The position numbers were made by a program, and so were the translations under genes. Shown here one piece after another: positions 10,855 to 24,306 of a DNA stretch of 64,000 bases. The DNA is taken from the NCBI RefSeq assembly GCF_963921235.1, contig NC_086118.1, forward strand, positions 24,864,001 through 24,928,000. The letters are read 5' to 3'. Each line of letters begins with the position of its first letter. Position 1 is the first letter of the stretch. This DNA comes from Mobula hypostoma (Eukaryota). Below the pieces are notes generated by a model. It did no database searches and was not told the origin of the DNA. It saw only the letters and a list, made by a program, of their open reading frames with translations.

Positions 10855-11385
10855 CACGGCCTGGAATGGAAATAAGAACGCTCGGGAACGGAAACGTCTA
10901 CGATAAGGGATGGACACAGCCAAGTCCATCACAGGACTGAACACTTTTACATGGAGCGCTGTCACAAGGAAGCAGCATCAATCATTAAGGGTCCCCATCA
11001 TCCAGACCATTTTCTCGCTGCTAACCATCAAGCAGGAAGTACAGGAGCCTTACATCCACACTAGCAGTTTCAGGAAGTTATCACCCTACAACCATCAGGC
11101 TCCTGAACCTGAGCAGATAACTTCACTCACAACAGCTTTGAACTGATTCTACAACCAACCGATTATCTTTTAAAGACTCTCGTTCTGAGTATTAAATTCT
11201 TTGTTTGCACAATTTGTCTTCTTTCAAGCATTACTTGGTTGAAACTCTTTGTTCGTGTACAGTTTTTTTCATAAATTCTGTTGTATTTCTTTATTCCTGT
11301 ATATGCCTGCAAGAACATGAGTCTCAGGGTTGTATATGGTGACATATCTGTACTTGAATAATGAATTTATGTTGACTTTTGACTG
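10855..11385 (+). mobile_element. Rex1/Babar-like LINE 3' fragment
   Basis: Degenerate AASIIK.PHHP..FSLL.S.RRYRSL segment and 3'UTR with a short repeat tail. Confidence 0.7.
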
Positions 11386-12109
11386 GTGGAGGATGATACC
11401 CACCCCAGGCCATCCATTGACTTAAGGGATATGGGGAGTGGACCAGAGTAAAGAAGAGACCAGATCAATGAGCAAATTTGTGGAAGGAATAGACTGTAAG
11501 AATAGGACTACTGATCAAAAACACTAAGAGGGTCTAGATGTGCCCATAGCCTATTTGTGTATTGTAATTAGTAATAATATTAAGTGATTCCACAGACTCT
11601 CAGACCCACCAATGTAATCTGCTGAACACATGGCAATGAGGGTATTATCTATTTTAATCTAGACTTCCACTGACTGTTTTGACAATGCTTTTTAATTTTC
11701 TGTTTCTGTTGTCTATGTTGAGATGATCAGTTTGTTGCAACAAAAGTCTTCCACAGGCCTAAACTTTCTTGTGAATTCCAGCAGGCTCATACCTTAAATA
11801 CTTTGCCAATCTCTATGCTCAGAACATTCCCTATGGGTCGAAGATTTATTTTAAACATGTTGACATGGCCATGTAATTATCGCATGAAAACAGGGCCTTC
11901 TCTACCATGTGTCTGCCTGCCAGCAAGTACTTATGCAGAGAAATCCCATTTTTCTCTTTCAAAAGTACACTTTATTCATAGAAATCTATTTTGAAAATAC
12001 AATAGTATCAGAACATAGTCTTCAGTTACATTAATTGCGTCAGCATATCAGTAATTCCTTGGGTAATACTAGTTCATTCTTCGATGTCATGGAGCTAATG
12101 ATGCTCATC

Positions 12110-13660
12110 TTCTTAAATGTCATAAGAGTACCTACCCCAACAACCTTATAAAGAAGTGTTCCAGGTAAAAAATAATATTTTCCTCAAATCTTCATATCTC
12201 TTACTCCTTAACCGTGTGTCCATGATCATGCACATCTCTGCTCAAGAGGACATTTTTCTCACTATCCACCCTATCTAATCCCCTCATATTTTTGAATATC
12301 CCAGTCAGGTCCCCCCTCTGTGCTCCAATTTAAACAAGCCCAGCCTATCAATTCTCTCCTCTTGACTGATACATTCCATGCTAGTCAACATTCTGGTCAA
12401 TCGTCTGAATATCCTCCCCAGTGCAATCACTTCCTTCCTATAGTCTTAACCAGAGCTCCACAGTGCTCCACCAGCAGCCTAATTAATGTTTTGTGTCATT
12501 GTATAATAACCTCCCTGCTCTCATATTCTATGCCCCAGCTAATGAAGGCAGGTATGCCTCAACCTTCTTAACCACCTAATCTATCTGTGCTGTTGTTATT
12601 AAGGATGTGTAGACATGAACACCGAGGAAATTCTGTCTCTTGGTGTTTCCTAGGTCCTACGATTTGTTGGCTTTATCCTACTGCTATTAGTCCTTCCAAG
12701 ATACATGACTTCATGTTTTTCATGATTAAATTCAATCTTCCATTTTTATCCTATCTGCATACTGATTAATCATTCATCCTATAATGGTGTCCACAGCTTT
12801 AATATAGACAATAAACAGCAAGCTCCCTGCAAGACACCAATGGTAGCAGGCTTTCCATTTACAAAATCAGTCTATTTGTCTCCTATCAACAAGTCAATTT
12901 TGGATTACATTTACCAAATTGCCCTGGATCCCACGAGCTTTCATTCCCTGTGTCCCTGTCAAAGGTCTTGCTGGGTCAATAGTTAGACTGGATCTCCCCT
13001 TAACAAAGCCTTAACTGTCCTTAATTAATCATTCCCTCCCAAATGCAGATTAATTCTGTCCCTCAGTAATTTTTCCAATAATTTCCCCACTGTGCGATCG
13101 AGAATCTCCGGAGGGGAAGGCCCCAAATCCTCGGCTTTGCCTATTGGCTGTTGCCGGGGCTGGGGTCGAAGCGCTCGGCAGAGATGGTGCTTGGTGCTCG
13201 GTGTCGGAGGGCTGGTCGGAGGCTCGAAGTTTTCGGACGGACTCGAGTCGGCTGTGGTTGGGTGCTTCCAGGGTGCTGCATCGGCAAGTTTGCGGCGCTG
13301 GAAGCTCATGGCAGGGAGAGTTTTTCTTCCTTCTACCTCCGTGAGATGATGGGACTTTCGAGAGACCTTGAGACTTTTTTTTACCGTGCCCATGGTCTGT
13401 TCTTCATCAAATTACGGTATTGCTTTGCACTGTTGTAACTATGTGATATAATTATGTGGTTTTTGTCAGTTTTTTTTAGTCTTGGTTTGTCTTGTGTTTC
13501 TGTGATATCATTCTGGAGGAACATTGTATCATTTCTTAATGCATGCATTACTAAATGACAATAAAAGAGGACTGCGTGTCCTCATAATCTAATCTAACCT
13601 CTGGCCTGTAATTTACTGGTTTATGCCTGTTCCCAATCTTGAATAATTCATCTATCACAT
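12110..13660 (-). mobile_element. Old CR1 remnant split by the insert at 13094-13597
   Basis: Minus-strand similarity to CR1 RT (e.g. KLLEKLLRDRINLHL adjoining 13090). Confidence 0.6.
13094..13597 (+). mobile_element. 5'-truncated copy of a non-coding retroposon family also at 16020
   Basis: Aligns by eye to 16195-16636; AATAAAAGAGGACT..CATAATCTAATCTA tail. Confidence 0.75.
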
Positions 13661-16019
13661 GTAAGCAGAGAAGACTTGACAAATTGTACACCTTAATTTG
13701 TTTTTATACTGATTGAAAGAATAACAGATAAAATCAGCACCAACATGTGTAATTGCCCAGGGCAACTCCAGCCTGTCACAGGGGAGGAATAAGTGTGAAG
13801 TCTAGTCTAATGTTTTGCACTGTCGTGATATGAGCTTCCTTGTTTGAAAATTCAATGTGTTGTCAATATCCAGAAAGCATGAGAGAGTAATGGGTTGCTG
13901 AAAATCCTTTAACAACATTGAATCCAGATCCTGAGAACTCATTCACAATACATATGTCACAGCCGTAATGACAATAGATAAAAGTGTGACTTTAAATTCT
14001 GACTTCCAGATCTCCTGACAGCTGCAGATCTAATGGTATTGGTTTTGCTGACTGTGAAGTTTTAAAGTCAAATGAAAATTTTGAGCCCTATCCAATTATA
14101 GACAGTTACATTAAGGGAAGGTTATACTGTAGCTATCCAATCTTCAAAGACTAATTCACTTCCCTGTTTTTCACTGTGGCAGCTTTGAGCAGTGGCGCCA
14201 CACTTCCTACCAAGGAGAAGATACTTTCAGCTAACAAAGTTGTTTAAACACTGTTCATTTATTTTTAGTGATGTGTTTAAATTTAAATAAATTTCTTAGA
14301 ACTCATTTAAAACTCACAGAGGATTTCTATCTTTTAAAATATTTCCAAATTACAAACACAAAAGATTTCCAAAACGCAGGTACAATTCCTATAAGCTAAA
14401 AGACATACTAACAAGTTGCAGGCAAGTTAATCATCCGTCAAAAAAATTGAAGGCAGATGAATGATTTCTAATTCACCTCATCTTTCTGGCATTCTTCTTG
14501 CTGTTCCTTGACCATTCCTAATAAGCTTGATTGCTTTTTTTACATTTATACTGTTTTTGTTTACCACGGGTGACTTCACACATATGTGAGATTTTTTCAA
14601 GATACTTTTCCACACAGGTGGTCTTAAAGCTTCTCGGGTTAGAGTTCCCAGATACCCACAATTAATGCTGTGAAGCTGACTCTCTGAGTACAAAATCCTT
14701 CCAACTAGATCATCTATTTGATGTGCTGAGTGATAGTATAAATCTGGTCTACAAGCTTCCTTGAACTAAATACCTTAGCCACTGTTGTCTGCTTTGATAT
14801 AAACCAATTAACATACTCCATTACCTTACACTGTGCTATACGCCTGGCCTGTGTTCTATAGTCAATGCTGTTAGTTTGTAAAGATGTCCTTTTAACTTCA
14901 GACTGATTATTGCTTGCAATTCACATTAAGAATTGAAGACTTGCTCCCATTTATGACAAGAAGCTGCACGAAAAATATTGATTGGAAATTTAACTTACTC
15001 AAAACAACCCTTTGATCTCTAGAAATGTAAGCTGTCGTGTTTAGAAAGCTGAGTTTGGCAAAAAGACCTCCTGACCCTAAACGGTGAATAACCATCCCAC
15101 AGAAACCAAGTAAGGCACAAAGGAACATAAAAATGAATCCAAAAAAAATTCTAGAAGCACAGGAAAAAGAAATGGATTGTAAAAGGAGGTGCTCCAACCA
15201 GAGACCAAAAAGAGATATTTACTTATGAAAACAGGGATACTGATCGATACAGTAGATTTCACCAAGAAAGAACCTACTGCTGGTGTATCATCAAAGAAAG
15301 ATGTAACTGATGTTCTAGATGGGCGAAAAGATAAAGAGAAGGTACTAGAAAGGCTAATTGTGCTGAGTGGTTCAGATGACTCCTGGTTTGTTCAGAAAAT
15401 AAAGCAGGAAACTGCATAGGCCTTGGCCATAATATCCAAGCATCCTTCAATTCAGGAGTGATGCCGAAGAGATGGAAACTGCAAATGTTAACATCGTTTG
15501 AAAAAGAACGTAGTAGCTTTAGACCGGTTAGTTTGATCTTCGTGATAGAGACAGTTTTAGGAACAAAGTCAAGGGCAAGTTCATCTGTCGTAAATGTGGA
15601 TTGGTTCGAGAAAGACAGAGCAATTTGTTAAAGGTAAATGATGTAAAATTTTCTTTTGTTGATGTAACAGAGGGTTGGTGAGGGAAGTTCAAATCATTTG
15701 GAATATACATTTATATCAAGACCGAAGGACTTGGGAAATAAGATGAGCCACAGCAACAAATTTAACAAAAAGCTGAGTAACAGGAAACAAATAGTAGTAA
15801 TGAGAGGTTGCTTTTTTTTTTGATTTTGGATTAAACTGTACGATGGGTCAGTATGAAGACAACTGAATTTTCTAAATATACTGTATATTAATAATTTTAA
15901 CCTGGGTATCCAGGCTTTAATTCCCATATGATGGAAAATCTTGGAAGCATTATGAATGGTCAAGATGATAATAAACTTAAAGGAGACATAATTACCTAAT
16001 AGAATAAAGGAATAGGTGG

Positions 16020-16637
16020 AGAAGATGGCAACGCGCCTGCGTGTGCACAGCCCTCCGGTGAAAAATGATATTGTATCTGTTAAATAGGGGCCGTGGACAA
16101 TTCTGCTTTGATGGAGAATGGACGTGAAAGCACAGAGGAACATCTGGAGAAACTTCTGAAATGTCCGTTCACTGCTGTCATTACAGTGTGGTCAGGAATC
16201 TTTCGGAGGGTAGGCCTCAAAATCCCCAGCCTTGCCTGCTTTTGGCGACCGAGAAGGAGGTCAAATCGTTCGGACAGAGAGGGCGCTCAGTACTCGGTGT
16301 CGGAGGGCTGATCAGAGATTGAAGTTTTTGGATGACTCAGAGTCGGACTGTGGTCGGCATGGCAGGGAGAGTTTTTCTTCCTTCTCCCGGCTGCGTGAGA
16401 TGTGGGACATTTGAGAAACTTTGAACTTTACTGTGCTCACGGACTTCTTCATCAAGTTATGGTATTGTTACACTGTTTGTAACTATATGTTATAATTATG
16501 TGGTTGTCAGTTTTTTCAGTCTTGGTCTGTCCTGTGTTTTGTGATATCACACCGGAGGAAATAATGTATCATTTCTTAATGCATGCATTACTAAATGACA
16601 ATAAAAGAGGACTACGTGTCTTCATAATCATAATCAT
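16020..16637 (+). mobile_element. Non-coding retroposon (AAGATGGC start, (ATAATC)n tail) nested in a decayed CR1 (about 15150-16860)
   Basis: Begins GAAGATGGCAACGCG; ends AATAAAAGAGGACTACGTGTCTTCATAATCATAATCATA; second copy at 13094. Confidence 0.75.
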
Positions 16638-16911
16638 ATAATTTACTGTTGAAAATGAGAAGTTTTACATTTTGGTTGGGGAAAAATAGGAGGAAGCAAT
16701 ATAAAAAAAGGCCAAAATTCCAGAAAGTGTACAAGAACAGAGGGATCTGGGGTTATATATGAATAGTTTATTGAAAATGGCTGTGGTTAGGATCACAAAT
16801 GGAATCCAAGGCTTTATAAATGGAATCATAAATAAAAAACAAGGAGTAATGATCAAACCCCATTGACCTCCACAACCTAATCTCTTGGTACTTCCGGCAT
16901 CACTCTATTAG

Positions 16912-17201
16912 ACTACTACTACTACGTCGACTCAGGCCTAGGGGGCCGGTGTCGGGCACGATGACAGACTCTCCACTTCTCCCTCTCCCTCATCAGTGTG
17001 TTCAGTTCATCTACATTAGCTGCGCCGCTGTCTTCTAGGAGCGTGTTGACCATAGTCTTGGGAGGGCGCCCAGGGTTCATCCTCCCGTGCTTGGGCTCCC
17101 ATATGATGACTAGGCTGGCAGGTAGCTCGGGGTGGCGTAAACAGTGCCCCGCTCGTTGCAGTCTTCTCGCCTCGATTTTAGTGGAGAGCATCGGTAGGTT
17201 C
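16912..17201 (-). mobile_element. RTE-like LINE 3' end with (TAG)n tail
   Basis: RRLQRAGHCLRHPELPASLVIIWEPKHGRMNPGRPPKT...MREREKWR, typical of RTE-clade ORF ends; open frame and retained CpGs; (TAG)n tail right after the stop. Confidence 0.8.
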
Positions 17202-17209
17202 TCTTTCAG

Positions 17210-18100
17210 AGATAATACCTTTCTCATATCCATTCCCATTCCCCTAATCTCCACCTTCTCTGCAACTTTTAACTAACTTGTTTACTTGTAATTTCCATTG
17301 TGGAGAATGGTCTTTAGCATGAAAAGTTAATTCTATTTCTCTTTCTGTAGACACTATCTGAACTGCTGAGGGCTTCCAGCATTTCAATGGCTCCACTATA
17401 TTCATTCTGATCACAAGGCTATCTAAATCAGTGATCTGTAGATGTCCTCCTTCCTCCTTAAACCTGGTGTCCATTCTAGCATCGTATTCAGAATTCAGAA
17501 CATCATCTATGCCATTTCCTGTATTTCTGTTCTGACCTCTTTCCTTCTACCAGACCAAGGAGAGAATTCCAGCTCTCTTCTATCCCAACAGCCTTCATCA
17601 GATTGTCCTCTGCAATTATTGCCAACTTGAACAAGATGTTCCCTCCAGATATACCTTATATATCTTCCACTCTCCTCTTCTTTCAACTTTCTTTCAGCAA
17701 CAGTTCATAATGACTGCAAATCAGTGCTCCATCTCAAGCAACAATAGTTCTAATTTTCATGGCACTTTGCCATTAGAGAGGTAACAGTGACTCTTCCCAC
17801 CATCCAGGCTTCCAAGTCCACACTTCCAAGTAGTGTGAAGCGGTGATTTGTACTTCATTTGGTGCTGGCAATGTAGGCTTTTTTTTTACACCGGAGATCC
17901 AAACATAGATAGATTGACTACTTTACAGAACACTTTCATTCAGTTTGCAAGGGAGCCCCTAGGCTCTCAGTTCTCTTCCCACATCCTCTCTGGTACTTCT
18001 GCCTTTGATCTTTTGCACTCTTTCATTGAAGCCCCGCATAAGTATTAGGAACAACTCATTGTCCTTCAAGGTACATTGATGCATTAGTGCCGAAAACATC
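17210..18100 (+). mobile_element. Highly decayed Penelope-like fragment
   Basis: Patchy similarity to the reverse complement of 30600-31500 (RT C-terminus, GIY-YIG region). Confidence 0.45.
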
Positions 18101-19569
18101 TATTAGGGACAGTTCAGTTTGTATCGGATCCGGCTAGTTCTGAAAGCAGGCGATCTGCCTATGACATTAATTCAGTTTTTCTCTCTCTATAGTTTCAATC
18201 TGCAAGCTGTGTAGTTGCATCATTCTCAAGATTGTGTTCTGCATCTCACAATTCCACCATTATTTTGTTTATTTCTCTGTCTTCCTTGTTCAGCTTCTTC
18301 CTGACAGACCAGTTGTGACTAACATGCCTCATTGTGACTAGGTTACATCGGCAACGCATGTGCTATCTGAAATCTCTTGGTCTCCCCTATCACAGATGGT
18401 CCCTTTGTTATCTCCACCCCTCCTTCCTTCACTGTAATGCAATGCATGCAGTAAATCATTTCAAATTTATACAATGTTACATTTAAAAATAACAATTCTT
18501 ATTTTCCCAGTTATGAAATATTAACTCTGTTTCTGTCAGAGCAGATATTGCCTCATCTGATGAATATTTCCAGTACTTCCTCTTTTTACTTGGATAAATG
18601 GTACTACAGGTATTGAGAATAGTTAAAAAATAAATTGTGCATGTTCTACTTTCTACAGACACTTTATTAGTAGCTAAACCACAAATGGTAGATTACAATG
18701 AAGGATCTAAAATGTAGCTTCAGTGAATATTTGGGGCTGAGACTTGCACATGACTTCCTCTCCAGCTCTGACCAGTGAATCTGATTTAATAGACTAGGTA
18801 TAGTCCTATAGAAAGAGAACAGTGGTTGGACTGTATACCCAGGAGGATGGTGCATGTTTCATAGTAATAATGTACAATATAATTTCATTTTATGGAAAAT
18901 GCAGTTTGACTCCAGAGTCTGGCCTTGATCTGATACTTCAATAGTGAAAGTCCCTGTGGTAGAAACCTTCACTTCAGAGTCACTTTGCAGCTTATTATCC
19001 AATTTACTCTAGACAGACTTAACGTCAGTATGTATTAAAATTGGATGCAACACTACATGTAAATTCAGTGTTTTATATTCCCGGGGGAGTTGATGAAGAG
19101 AGCTTATTACCTCGGCATTTTTTTCTCTTTCTACCTGTATCAGAATTTTACATTTTGGGAACAAGGACTACGCAGAAGAATGAATTTAGAGAACTACATG
19201 TTCGAATATTTCATTATCTATGTATAATATTAAAGCAATTACCTTGTACTGCTAAAACTGGCAGTGATTTATCCAAGTGATGCAACATGTTAAGATTATT
19301 TTGTAGTGCTAGAAGAAGAACTTGTACTTTTATTTTTACATTAAACAATAGTATCAATATTATTTTAAGAACAACTTGCTCAAGAGTAACCTCTCTAGTT
19401 ATTAATATCACTGGATAAAGTAAGCTTTGCAACATGTCCCCTCAGAAATTGTACAGTGTATCTCTCACTTAACTAGTCATAGAGTCATTAGGACATGAAG
19501 GTCCTTTGGCCTAACTGGTCCATGCTGACCAAAATTTGCATCTAAATTAGTCGCATTTGTTCATATTTA

Positions 19570-20318
19570 TAGTCATAGTCATAGAAGACTACAGCTCAGA
19601 AACAGGCCCTTTGGCCTATCTAGTCCGCACCAAAATGTTGTTCTGCCTAGTTCCATTGATCCACAACAAGACATTGCCCACCATACCTCTCACATCCATG
19701 TACTTATCCAATCTTCTCTTAAATGTTGCAATTGAACCTGTGTCCACCACTGATGCTGGCAGCTTTTTCCAGACTGTCACCACCCTCTGAGTGAAGAAGT
19801 TCCCCCTCAGGTACCCCTTAAGTATTTCACATTTCGCACTTAACCTATGACCTGTAGTTCTGCTGTCATTCAACCTCAGGGAAAAAGGGTTGATGCGTTT
19901 ACCCTCTCTATATCCTTCATAATTCTGTATACATACCTCTACAAAATATCCCCTCATTCTCCTTTGCTTGAGGGATAAAGTGCTAGCCTATCCAACCCTT
20001 CCCTATAACTCAGATCCTCAAGTCCTGGAATATCCTTGTAAATTTTCTCTGTACTCTTTCGATCTTTTTGATCTCTTTCCTGTAGGTAAGTGACCAGAAA
20101 TACACATTGCTCCAAATTAATTTTCACCAATGTTTTTTAACAACTTCAATATCATATCCCACCTCCTGTACTCAGTATTTTGATTTATGAAAGCCAATAT
20201 GCCAAGAGCTCTCTTTACCACCCGATCTACCTGTGACATCACCTACAAGGAATTATGGATCTGTATCCCTAGATCTCTTTGTTGTGTCACACTTCTCAGT
20301 ATTCTGCAGTTCACTGTG
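19570..20318 (-). mobile_element. CR1 3' fragment
   Basis: RGNFFTQRVVTVWKKLP...FKRRLDKYM; (CTATGA)n tail at about 19570. Confidence 0.85.
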
Positions 20319-20320
20319 TA

Positions 20321-21175
20321 CAGTGATTATATAAAGTATTTACCCTCCCCCTGGAAGATTTCATGTTTTATTGTTTTACAATATTGAATTACGGTGGATT
20401 TAACTTGGCTTATTTTGGCACTGATCAACAGAAAAAGACTCTTTCATCTCAAAGTCAAAACAGATCTCTACAAAGTGATCTGAATTAATTACAAATATAA
20501 AACACAAAATAATTGATTGCATAAATATTGACCCCCCCCCCCTTTAATATAACACACCAAATCATCACTGGTGCAGCCAATTGGTTTTGATTAAATGGAG
20601 ATCTGGTTTTGGAGACCTGTATGCAGTCAAGGAGTTTCACTGGATTGTAGTAAAAATACATCTGTATCTGGAAGGCCAACTGCTGGTGAGTCAGTATCCT
20701 GGCAAAAACTACAACATGAAGACAAAAGCAACTCGGCAAAAAGGTTATTGAAAAGTACAAGTCAGGAGATGGATACAAGAAAATTTTCAAGTCACTGAGT
20801 ATCCCTTGGAGTACAGTTAAATCAATCATCAGGAAATGGAAAGAACATGGCACAGCTGTAAATCTGCCTAGAGCAGGTCATCCTCAAAAACTGAGTGACC
20901 GTGCAAGAAGGGGAAAAGTGAGGGAGGCCACCAAGAGACCTATGACCATTCTGGTGGAGTTACAAGCTTCGGTGCTTGAGATGGGAGAGACTGCACATAC
21001 AACACTTATTGCCCAGGTGTTTGACCAGTCACAGCGGCAAAGAGAAAGCCGCTGTTGAAAAAACTGACATGAAATCTCAGCTAGAGTTTGTCAGAAGGCA
21101 CATGGGAGACTCTGAAGTCAACTATAAGAAGGTTCTATGGTCTGATGAAACCAAAATTGAGCTTTTTGGCCATCA
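20321..21175 (+). mobile_element. Tc1-like DNA transposon, left part with frameshifted transposase
   Basis: TA|CAGTG terminus; K.KSGDGYKKI.KSL.IP.STVKSII.KWK.HGT..NLPRAG and KVLWSDETKIELFG motifs; truncated. Confidence 0.85.
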
Positions 21176-21307
21176 GTTAAAAAAGATGAACAGCCAATGT
21201 TCCATCAACAATTGAATGCGCATTCAGAAAATGAAAATACTGCATATTTCTGTTACTGAGTGCAAAAGAGCGAAGGTATTGCAGATTCACCAGTATCTGG
21301 TGATTCT

Positions 21308-22330
21308 TTTTCTTTTCTTTTCAAATCTTTTTATTGTTATACAGGAAAAATAACATGAGTACATTGAAGTAACAACACTTACAATGTCTCAAAAAAGACA
21401 TTATCTTAAAGATTGAAAAAAATTTTGTGATAACCAAAAAAAACCTACTAAGCAGAAAAGTGAGAAAACAAAAGAACCCATTAGGTGTACAACCCCGGAG
21501 TCATGCGTCATACAAAAAGCTTCTAAAAATAAACATCAAACCGCCAGCAAGAAAAGAAAATATACTAAAAAACTTACAATTAGATGGTGGAAAAATTATA
21601 TCAATTAACTCAAATGATAATAATGAGCAAACGAGCCCCATCTTTTTTCAAAATCAAATAAAGGTTCAAAGGTTTGACTTCTAATTTTCTCCAAACTAAG
21701 ACATAGCATCACTTGAGAGAACCATTGTGACAAAGTGGGAGCTGATGTATCCTTCCACTTCAACAAAATGGCCCTCCTAACTATCAATGTAACAAATGCA
21801 ATAACATGTTGGTCAGACACAGAAATACCATGAATATTTTGAGGAATTATTCCAAAAAGCACAGTTAATTTATTAGGTTGTAAATTAATTTTAAGTGCTT
21901 TAGAAATTGTTGAAAAAACCGACTTCCAGAACGGTTCCAATATAGAACAAGACCAAAACATATGTGTTAGTGTAGCTATCTCAGTTTTACATCTATCACA
22001 ATGACTATCAACATTAGAAAAGATTTTAGAAAGTCTCTCCTTTGTCAAATGATAACGATGCACAATTTTAAATTGAATCAATGAATGGCTAGCACAAGTT
22101 GAAGAAGACTTAACCAACTTCAATATCCGCATCCAATCCTCCATCATAAAGGTCAAATTAAGTTCCTTTTCCCAATCCTGTTTAATCTTAGATAAAGGAC
22201 GCTTATCCCATTGTAATAATAAATTATAAATTCTTCCAATAGAGCCCTTAATCAAAGGATTCATACTCATAATAGTATCTGACAGGTCAGCCTCCAATAT
22301 GTAAGAAAAATTACTTAAATATTTTTGTAA
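21308..22330 (-). mobile_element. L1-clade LINE, 5'-truncated, 11-bp TSD
   Basis: 230-aa open ORF2 C-terminus with CDRC..ATLTHMFWSC motif; AATAAA and A-rich tail; TSD CTGGTGATTCT at 21297-21307 and 22331-22341. Confidence 0.92.
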
Positions 22331-23229
22331 CTGGTGATTCTGTATTAATTTCCAACCCTAGCACTACTAAACAAATGATGCAAGATAAATTGTAACAACC
22401 TTCACCCTGGGTCTTCCATTATTCAACCATGCTGTTTTGCAGCTTTGTCATTAATAATCCATTAAAAATCAATCACTTCATGAATGCAGTTTCTGTATAT
22501 AAAAAGTAAATCACAAAAGAACATCTAACACTAAGTCTCTGAAAATATAAATTGAATAATAATTTCACTTCTAAATTTAATTTAGTGATGGTTTAATTAC
22601 TCACTGTGTGGAACCCATCAATGTATGAATCACATTTTAACTTTAGGAATGCTATTTGGAGGAATGTAATGAAATGGCAACCTCAATTTAAAATCTAAGA
22701 GTTAGAAGTACAGGAAATATTATGATTTTAATTTATATAGTTTTACAGCATGAAGCAAGCCTTTCTATCCAATTTACTGACTTTTCCGAATCAGACTCAG
22801 TTCCTCAGAATACCCGGCAGTTTACCCGCCACAGATGTCAGACTCGCTGGCCTATAGTTTCCTGGCTTGTTTTTGCTACACTTTTTAAATGGTGGTACTA
22901 CATTAGCCAATTGCTACACCCCTGGAACCACCCCCATGAAGCAAAAATTTCTGCAAGGGCTTCCAGCTTTCTTCTCTATCTTCTCACTGGATCTGAAATG
23001 CATTAGGTCAGGCTCAAAGGATTGTAATACACTTTGAGACTTCCAGTTTATCCCAGTTCATTTCAATGTGGTTCAAAACAACACCACTCATTATTGCTTA
23101 TTTAAAGTTAATTTATTGTTGGGTAATTGCAATTAAAAGAAACCTCAATTTAGAATGTATTGTAACTTCAGATAATTTTCCAAAAATCTGAAGCAATAAC
23201 TTAACATTCATGATGAAAGTTAAACAAAA

Positions 23230-24290
23230 TAGCCTAGCCCATTGAGCCTGCCCTGCATTTCAGTCATGGTTGATTTATTCTCCTGCCCTCTCTCTGTAAT
23301 CTTTGATGTCCTAACTAATCAAGAACCTATCAACCTCCACTTTAAATACATCCAATGACTTGCCTACACTGCTGCCTGTGGCAATAAATTCTACAGATTC
23401 ACCAGCATCCAACTAAAGAAATTTCTCCTCATCTCTGTTCTAAAGGGATGTCCTTCTATTCTGAGGGTGTGCCCTTTGGTTCTAAACTCTTCCACTATTG
23501 GAAACATCCTTTCCGCGTTTACCCCATCTAGGCCTTTCAATATTTGATAGGTTTCAATGAGATCACCCTCATTTTTTAAACTCAGTGCCATCTGGCCCAG
23601 ACGCCAGCAAATGCTTCCCTAATTACTAAGGGCTTATTATCTATTATATATATCTGTCCATATTAATCCTCCTAAAATGCAATACCTAACATTTTTAGGA
23701 TTAAGTTCCATCTACTACTGCTTTGTACCAACTCATTATTGTTAGTTTCATATCTGAAGACAACCCGCTTCTCTGTCAGCAACTCCACCAAGTTTTGTGT
23801 CATTTGTGAACTTGCTAATTAGGGCTGTTTCATTGACATCTAGATTGATAATGAATGTAACATAACAAGAGTTCTGTCATCCATTCCTGCACTACCCAAT
23901 TGGTCACAGGCTTTCAGTTGTCAAAACAATCCCTGACAATCGCTCTCCACCTCTATCACCAAGCCAGTTAGTTAAATTGCCCAAGATCCCATGGAATGAA
24001 AATCCCATGTGGATCCCTTGTTAAAGGCCTTATGGAAGTCTGTGTTCTACATCAAGTACACTTCTCAGAAATATCTTGGAAAAAAATCAGTCAAATTGGT
24101 CAGGCAGATTTAGCTTTAATAAAGTTGTGTTGGCTATCAATCTCTGCCTTTCCCAGTGCAGTATAGTTCTGTCTCACAGATTTTTTTTCAATGATTTCTC
24201 TACCACTGATATCAGGTTTAGCAGATTTGAAAATGTTTCTTCGAGCCCCAGCAATTTTTTTCTTGCTTCCCATTACATTCTGCATTATAT
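23230..24290 (-). mobile_element. CR1 fragments (younger 3' end at 23230-23620 plus an older RT remnant)
   Basis: GDLIETYQILKGLD...FRTEMRRNFFS motif; degenerate RT similarity beyond. Confidence 0.7.
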
Positions 24291-24306
24291 CTTGAGGGTT
24301 TATATA

